A stretch of DNA of 64,000 bases. Origin: the human T2T-CHM13v2.0 reference genome, Homo sapiens. The notes below the pieces were generated by a model, which was given only the letters and a program-made list of their open reading frames with translations, made no database searches and was not told the origin of the DNA. Positions 56,168-64,000 of the stretch are shown here, piece after piece. The stretch lies in the NCBI RefSeq assembly GCF_009914755.1, contig NC_060930.1; one strand, written 5' to 3'. The position numbers and the translations under genes were made by a program. How positions within the stretch are numbered: position 1 is the first letter of the stretch; every line of letters starts with the position of its first letter.

Positions 56168-56540
56168 TGTGTGTGAATTTGTTTTCACACTGCTGATAAA
56201 GACATACCCGAGACAGGAAAATTTATAAAGGAAAGAGGTTTAATGGACTCACAGTTCCACATGGCTGGGGAGGCCTCACAATCATGATGGAAGGCAAGGA
56301 GGAGCAAGTCATGTCTTACATGGATGGTGGCAGGCAAAAAGACAGAGCTTGTGCAGGGGAACTCTTCTTTATAAAGCCATCAGATCTCGTGAGACTTATT
56401 CACTATCATGAGAACACCATGGGAAAGACCCACCCCCATGATTCAATTACCTACAACTGGGTCCCTCCCACAACACATGGGAATTGTGGGAGCTACAATT
56501 CAAAATGAGATTTGGGTAGGGACACAGCCAAACCATATCA
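56168..56540 (-). mobile_element. THE1 (B/C-like) solo LTR
   Basis: ctgctgataaagacatacccgagac...ggaggcctcacaatcatg...gacacagccaaaccatatca. Confidence 0.93.
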
Positions 56541-56742
56541 CCCTGCCTAGCCCTTTCCTGGTGACTTCTTTCACCTTTCCTGGGAACTTATCTAGTCTCT
56601 AATCACAGGATAGAGAGCATTCTGTTTGTCTCACTGGCCCAGACTCCTGGAACTGGTGAGTCCTCTGTGACACTGGGAGTTGGAGAAAGGAAGAAACGGT
56701 TGGGGGCTTATGTCTATTATCTTCTTCCATTCTCACTTATAA

Positions 56743-57329
<587 letters not shown>

Positions 57330-57510
57330 CATACTTTTTAATTGTTCAGGGACAAGTCAGTTCTTTGTGGGCTCTGAGGGCTGCCCTGTAAAATCAATTT
57401 ACTTTCTATGGATAACAGTGAAAGTGAAAGGTAAAATTGGCCAAGTCTGGGCTACTAATAGCCCACCCATCTCAGGGAGTCTTAAGACCTTTTGTGGAGG
57501 TGATCAATAA

Positions 57511-57940
<430 letters not shown>

Positions 57941-60900
57941 GTGTCTAGGTAATTCTACACTCATCTTGCCTGTACTCTCTGGATAATAAAACAAGTTTAG
58001 CCGGTGATGATCATGATGACGATGACCATGATGATAATGATTCATCACCTGCAGGTGATATGAGATTATTGGGAGGACAGAACAACAGATCTGAAAGGGC
58101 CCCCAGAAACCACTGGCTTCCAAGACAATTTTTACAACAGTGGATTCCTTTCTTCAAACACAATCATACACTCCAACATATGAAGTAGATCAAAGTGGAG
58201 CAGTTCTAGATGAGAGGGAGCAGGAGGCTGAGGCCTGGTCTGTCCCCGCAACCCTCAGGGCCCCTCAGAACACAGTTTCAAAAGCCAGGCCTCATTCAAT
58301 GCCTTTGTTTTACAGATGAGGAAACAGAGGCCCAGTTTGTGAAGTTACTCAGCAGAAACCTCCAAAAATGGGTGAGGGTGGGAGGCTGAGGTCTCACGTG
58401 GTTTCAGAACAGTCTTTCCCTCTGTTGGGTGCAATTCTTGAAGGCCATCGGGCCAGGTGTGCTTTCTCATTCAGTGGCTCTCAGCTGTGACAGCGCAGAA
58501 ACACCTGAGAGCGTCTGGTAGGACTGTCACCTGCGAGTCAGGAGGAGCAGAGCCTGGAATTGCTCAGTCTGAGGTTGGAGGGGCCATGGTGGCCTCTTCT
58601 TTGAGGACCCAAACCCAGTGGAAATGGGGTTGGTCTTCCCACGATTCTCATCAACCACACTAAGGAGAATCGGGTCCTCTCAACGCCCAGCCTCTGTCCT
58701 CATGGAGGCACCCAGGCCTCCACACAGGAGCTCCTGCCAGCCCCTCGGGGATGTCTGAGCCATCCTCATGCACTCACCTTCCCCGTCAGGTGTCCACAGT
58801 GCAGGGTAATCGAGAAATCAGTCAGATGTTGTGCCTGAAGCACCCAGTGCCTGGCCTGGCTCCCAGGAGGATGCGGCCTTGGTCTTCCTTCTCTCATACT
58901 TTCAGCCAGAGTTGGAAAACCACTTTCCCAGGCCCTGAGTTTCCTAAGGCCCTGCCCAGGATTTTCCTGCAAGCTCTGATTGCACTCTGCTGGTCCAGTT
59001 AAAACCCCTAGCGGGGAGCTAGCTAATGTCACAAAAGCTGCTTTTTAGAGAGGACACCGCCCAGCTGCATAATCAAACATTAGAAGCCCAAATGAGAAAT
59101 CACAGCTTGGAATGAGGTCCAGAGCCTTGACCAGCTTTTCAAGTCGTAAATCATATTCTTTCTCCAAAAAGGGCAGGTCATGAGGACCTCCAGGCACCTC
59201 AACATGAGCTGTTGCAAACAGCAATGGTAGTGTGAGCTACGGGGTAGAAAGCCAGTGCACAACCCATCGGGCTCAAAGCTCCCCACCCGCGGGAGAGATT
59301 CTTTGTCATCAAATGGGTTAATGGAACCCCGGAGCCCTTTGTCCCGGCCCTTCCCCGAAGCCCTGGCCTCCCCGCTAGCTTCTACACCAGCACGATGCAG
59401 ACAAAGGCCCACTTGGGATTTTCAGAGCTTTTACTGGATGCCTCTTTAAAGTGTCTAATTTTAATGAAGAAATCTTTCATCTGCCATCCTGTTTCCAGGA
59501 GACAGGTTTGGAAGGAATTTTCACAAGTCACTAAGGCCCCTTGGAAATGTGTTTTTTGGTGGAAAACGTAAGGCTGTAAGACATGCACAGAGATGTTCTC
59601 ACTGGGGGCGGGAGTGGAGGAGGCAAGAGGAGGAAATAAAACACCAAGAAAAAAACGCTTCAAGAGCCAAGTGGAGGAAGGATGCAGAGGTGCAACCGAA
59701 AGGGGAAAAGTGTTTGACTGGGAATATATAAAGAATAAGTCAGCCAGAAAACACAGAGTCTCTCCCTGGGGAAATTATATGCAGCTCTAAAAAATGCTAC
59801 GGACTGGAGAATGCATGGGAGGGGTGGGGTGAGGGGAGAGAAAGGGCGGGAAGGAAAATGTCATCAACAACTGGAATGAGGTAGAGACAGTACATGCACA
59901 CAGAAAACATGCCAGAAAAAAAAAAAGACAAAACCCTCAAGTTCCTCCCCTCTGCAGCTTTCTGAGCCAAAAAGAAAAAATAAAGGCAACAACTGCTGAA
60001 CTGGAGAGACGATGGAGATGGAAGAGCAGGTCTGCAGGGTCACGCAGCTGCGAGTGCAGGGGATGTGCTCACACACAGCCCCGCCCCTCTGGAGGTGATG
60101 CCGTCTAGAAAGCCTCCCTTGCATACCCTCCTGGTTCCCAGAGGCCTTTGTCCAAGAACCTCCTCTCCTGTATTTTTCACCAAGGGAGCAGCTTCCCTTG
60201 CCCCTCCCCCCTCCCCGCCTCCACCGACAGCAAGGAGCTCCCACAGCACTTCCTGTCAGCTGCAAGACACTCTCACCATTATGCCACATGGGACAATGGT
60301 GCCATCTTGGTGGGAGGTCAAGGCTGACGCCAATGAGTTCAGCACAACCTGAGACTTCTCGGAGGTTCCTGGGCCCCACGGGGAAAGGGATATGTGGATA
60401 TGCATAAACTCACACAGAAGAAATTTGGCCACTGATGCTATGGAATTCAAACTCAAGCATGAGTCAAGGGGTGGAAAAGGGAGGGGTGAGAGAGTGGGGA
60501 GACAGAATTCATAGACTATTCCGTGCTGAAATGGCAAGTGAGAGTCACAGGGGTTAATGGAGATGGTTTTGTTAACAGAGAAGGGCCCTCCCCCCATCAC
60601 TAAATCACTGGACAAGGCTGATGAGCAGAGCCACCTGCGGTTGGCAGTACTTGAGTTAGGCTTTTACAAGCCTGTGAATTTACTCTTGGTGGCCATGACA
60701 GGGTGTCTTCTGCAGCTGACGATGAAAAAAGGTGTGTTTTCCTACCTCTTTAGGATACACAGTCCAAACCAGCACCAAATAACGGAGGAGTTTGGCAGGG
60801 GGGCAGGTTTACATGACTTTGAAATTTCTGAATAAAAATATCATCCTGAATTACACACAAAAGACATATTCCATGTGCTTCTGTTTACCCTGTTTCTGCT

Positions 60901-61961
60901 AACGAGATATTACTTATAAATGTAAAATGTTAAGGATGTTGTCTTCAGCCTGGAGAGAAAGAACGTGTAATTTGCAGCTTTTGCTCAGAGTGATAACCTT
61001 ATTAAGTAACGGGATTCGCTGATTAACTGCTGCTAACAAAACATTGTTGCCAAACCTGATAGTCTGAAACCGGCAACAGAGCTACTGTCAGAACCACTTC
61101 TCCATCCCACCAACCCTGTGGGGATTTTACAGAGATATTTCTCATTTAAATAACCTTCACCTTTCAGTATTTTTTATTGCTTCCACTAATAGGCTAACAA
61201 TAAGTTAGGAGCCACTCCTAGATGGATGTCGAATCAACCTTGGTGAAGAGTTCAAGGAGAAAAGCAATTCTACTTAAAAAATGATTTTTTAATGAAAGGG
61301 GTAATGGGAAACTGTGTGAGTTCATTGAGCACTAGAATGAATGGAAGTTCTTAGTCAGAGATCAGAAGGCAGGATCCGGCCATGCTCAACATATGTGATG
61401 GCACTTTAAATTCCTAGAATGGAGCAATATCTCTTTCACAGTGATTCACATAGTATGTGGGAAATTTTCTTTTCCCGTAACTTGCCTAAGAAAATCAACT
61501 CCATTCCGGTCTTAAGAAATACTTTACTACTTAGATAATCAGGAGAGAGACCCCTGAGGTAGATCATCTTGGTCTTAGCTATATATCTCCTGTAATTCCT
61601 CTCTTCCCCACAGAGCCCCAGTGAGTCCCACCAGCTCAGGACTCTCAAGGTCATGAGTCTAGTCATAAACGGCCTGTTCTGCAGCTAAGTCATAGACCCA
61701 GGGGCTATTAGAGCAGGCCAGGGTGGGGCTGCGGAACATGGACCTTGTCTAGTCCAACTCCCTGGGGTCTGGAAAGGTGAACTGACTTGCCCAAAGCCCT
61801 CATCTTGTCAGTGGGAAAGCCAGGATTAAATCTGGGCTTGTGGCTTCCGGTCCAGTCTGTCTTCTGGCTTGTGAGAAACAGGGAGTGAGGGGGGCAGTGC
61901 GCGTGCATAGGCACATTCCCATGTGCACACACCTGTACATCAGCTTTGAGCCTCATGCTGA

Positions 61962-62364
<403 letters not shown>

Positions 62365-63236
62365 GCTTCTCTCCTTCTTTTCTAGGCCTGAAAGTGTTCA
62401 GGTGTTCAGGTGGCCAAATCGGTGTTCAGATTTGACAGAAAAAATAACATTTATGTCAGGATTTCTTCCTTGCCTGGATCATTTATAGGTAGGATACTAT
62501 TGTTTGTACAACTATAATGAGAAAAAACTAGTAAAAGAAGCTGGGTTTTGAGAGCTTGTGTCTAAATATTGGAGGAGAGCAGTCTCAGAGAAGGCACCCT
62601 TAAATCTGGGTGAGAGAGGGCACTTGTAGGTGTATTTTCTTGTGTTGGCTCAGAGACTTAGACTTCTTGGATGTATGAGAGAGGTCATTCAGTGTGGACC
62701 CGTGCTGGGGGAGAGAGGATGGATATGAGCTTGGAAATCGTTTTGTTCAAGGCGGGGCAAGTAGCAAGATTAAAATTTTTAGTCTGTTAAGTTGTAAGCA
62801 AACCAAGGGCAGATGATGAGAGAAGGCTTTGGAGGCCTGCACCCCAACACTCCCTAAGTCTGGCCTTCCTTGCTGGCCTCACCCAGCCATAGAGGACACT
62901 GATATGGGAGGATTACCTCCTTTAACCCCCTGAATTGCTTTCATTGAGAACCACGTTGCCTTTGCCAATGATCATTGCTAAGCATTAGGACAGGGTAGAG
63001 GCCTCTGGGTAGGAAATTGGCAGGTCAGGGTTGGGGTTGGATCAAAATCCAGAAGGAATCATGATCCTCAAACTAGAGCCACAACCAACCGACAGGAGTA
63101 GACTCCCCTGCAGTAGGACTCCAGATTCTGCAGACACTGTCTGAGGGCCTTTGACAAGCACTGTAATTTATTTTAATCCTCTCACTAACAGAGAAGGGAG
63201 GCCCTTTTGTCTCTGATTACTGACCAAGAAGGAGAC

Positions 63237-63643
63237 TGTGTTAGCCATTCTTGCATTGGTATAAAGAAATACCCAAGACTGGGTCATTTATGAAGAAAAC
63301 AGGTCTAATTTGCTCACTGTTCTGCAGGCTGTACAAGAAGCATGGCGCTGACATCTGCTCAGCTTCTGGGGAGGCCTCAGGGAGCTTCTACTCTTGGCAG
63401 AAGATAAAGAGGGAGCTTGCACATCACACGGCAGGAGCAGGAGCAAGAGAGGGTGGGAGGTGCCACACACTTTTAAGCAATCAGATCTTGTGTGAACTCA
63501 CTCATAGCTAAGGGGATGGTGCTAATCCATTCATGAAGGATCCACCCCCATGACCCAAACACTTCCCACCAGAGCCTACCTCCTACACTGGGGATTACAT
63601 TTCAACATAAGATTTAGTGGGGACACAGTTCTAAACCATATCA
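63237..63643 (-). mobile_element. MST (MaLR) solo LTR with 5-bp TSD
   Basis: TG...CA termini; GAGAC at 63232-63236 and 63644-63648; ctgcaggctgtacaagaagcatgg. Confidence 0.93.
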
Positions 63644-63819
63644 GAGACCCTAGAGGAGAGACTGGCCCAAGATGACCCTGGGTGGACACTCCTCTGGGGA
63701 CTCTGATCAAATCTCACATTTCTTCCCTGCACCAGACCGCCCCTTTGTGGTCATAGGAAGGTCAGGGGGACAGAGTAAGCTTCTTAGAGAACCCTGGCCT
63801 CCTGTAATAAGTCTCTCCA

Positions 63820-64000
63820 GGCCGAGTGCAGTGTCTCGCACCTGTAATCCCAGCACTCTGGGAAGCTGAGGAGGGCAGATTGCTGGAAACCAGGAGTTCA
63901 AGACCAGCTTGGGCAACATGGCGAAACCTTGTCTCTACAAAAAATACACAGCTTAGCCAGGCGTGGTGGTGTGCACCTATAGTCCTAGCTACTTGGGAGG
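63820..64000 (+). mobile_element. Alu, cut by the window edge
   Basis: ggccgagtgcagtg...cctgtaatcccagcac...ccaggagttcaagaccagc. Confidence 0.93.

Noticed and set aside
58003-58048. His-rich peptide from a degenerate (GAT)n tract flanked by ggtgatga/tcatcacc
   Set aside because: Simple degenerate trinucleotide repeat with no coding context

Overview
Human (primate) genomic DNA, recognisable as the 3' end of SOBP (sine oculis-binding protein homolog, 6q21) on the + strand plus about 34 kb of downstream intergenic sequence. The giant CpG-rich last coding exon (2429-4384) encodes 650 aa: the second FCS zinc finger, a Pro-rich region, two SUMO-interacting motifs and a C-terminal basic NLS ending RIRNQNK*. 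The stop lies 3 nt before a donor opening a ~22.7 kb intron in the 3'UTR; the terminal UTR exon starts at 27101. The rest is mostly repeats: about 19 Alus, a near full-length Tigger1, MER63, MER5, MaLR/ERVL LTRs, an ERVL internal fragment, old L1s, MIRs, a 43-bp minisatellite and microsatellites. No prokaryotic-type system (CRISPR, operon) is present. The most interesting unexplained signal is a second GT overlapping the SOBP stop codon. If used, it would delete the stop, rebuild Lys with the first base of the terminal exon and read into a 94-codon open frame, giving a candidate C-terminally extended SOBP. Repeat subfamily calls and literature numbering are from recall and by-eye comparison, not from database searches.
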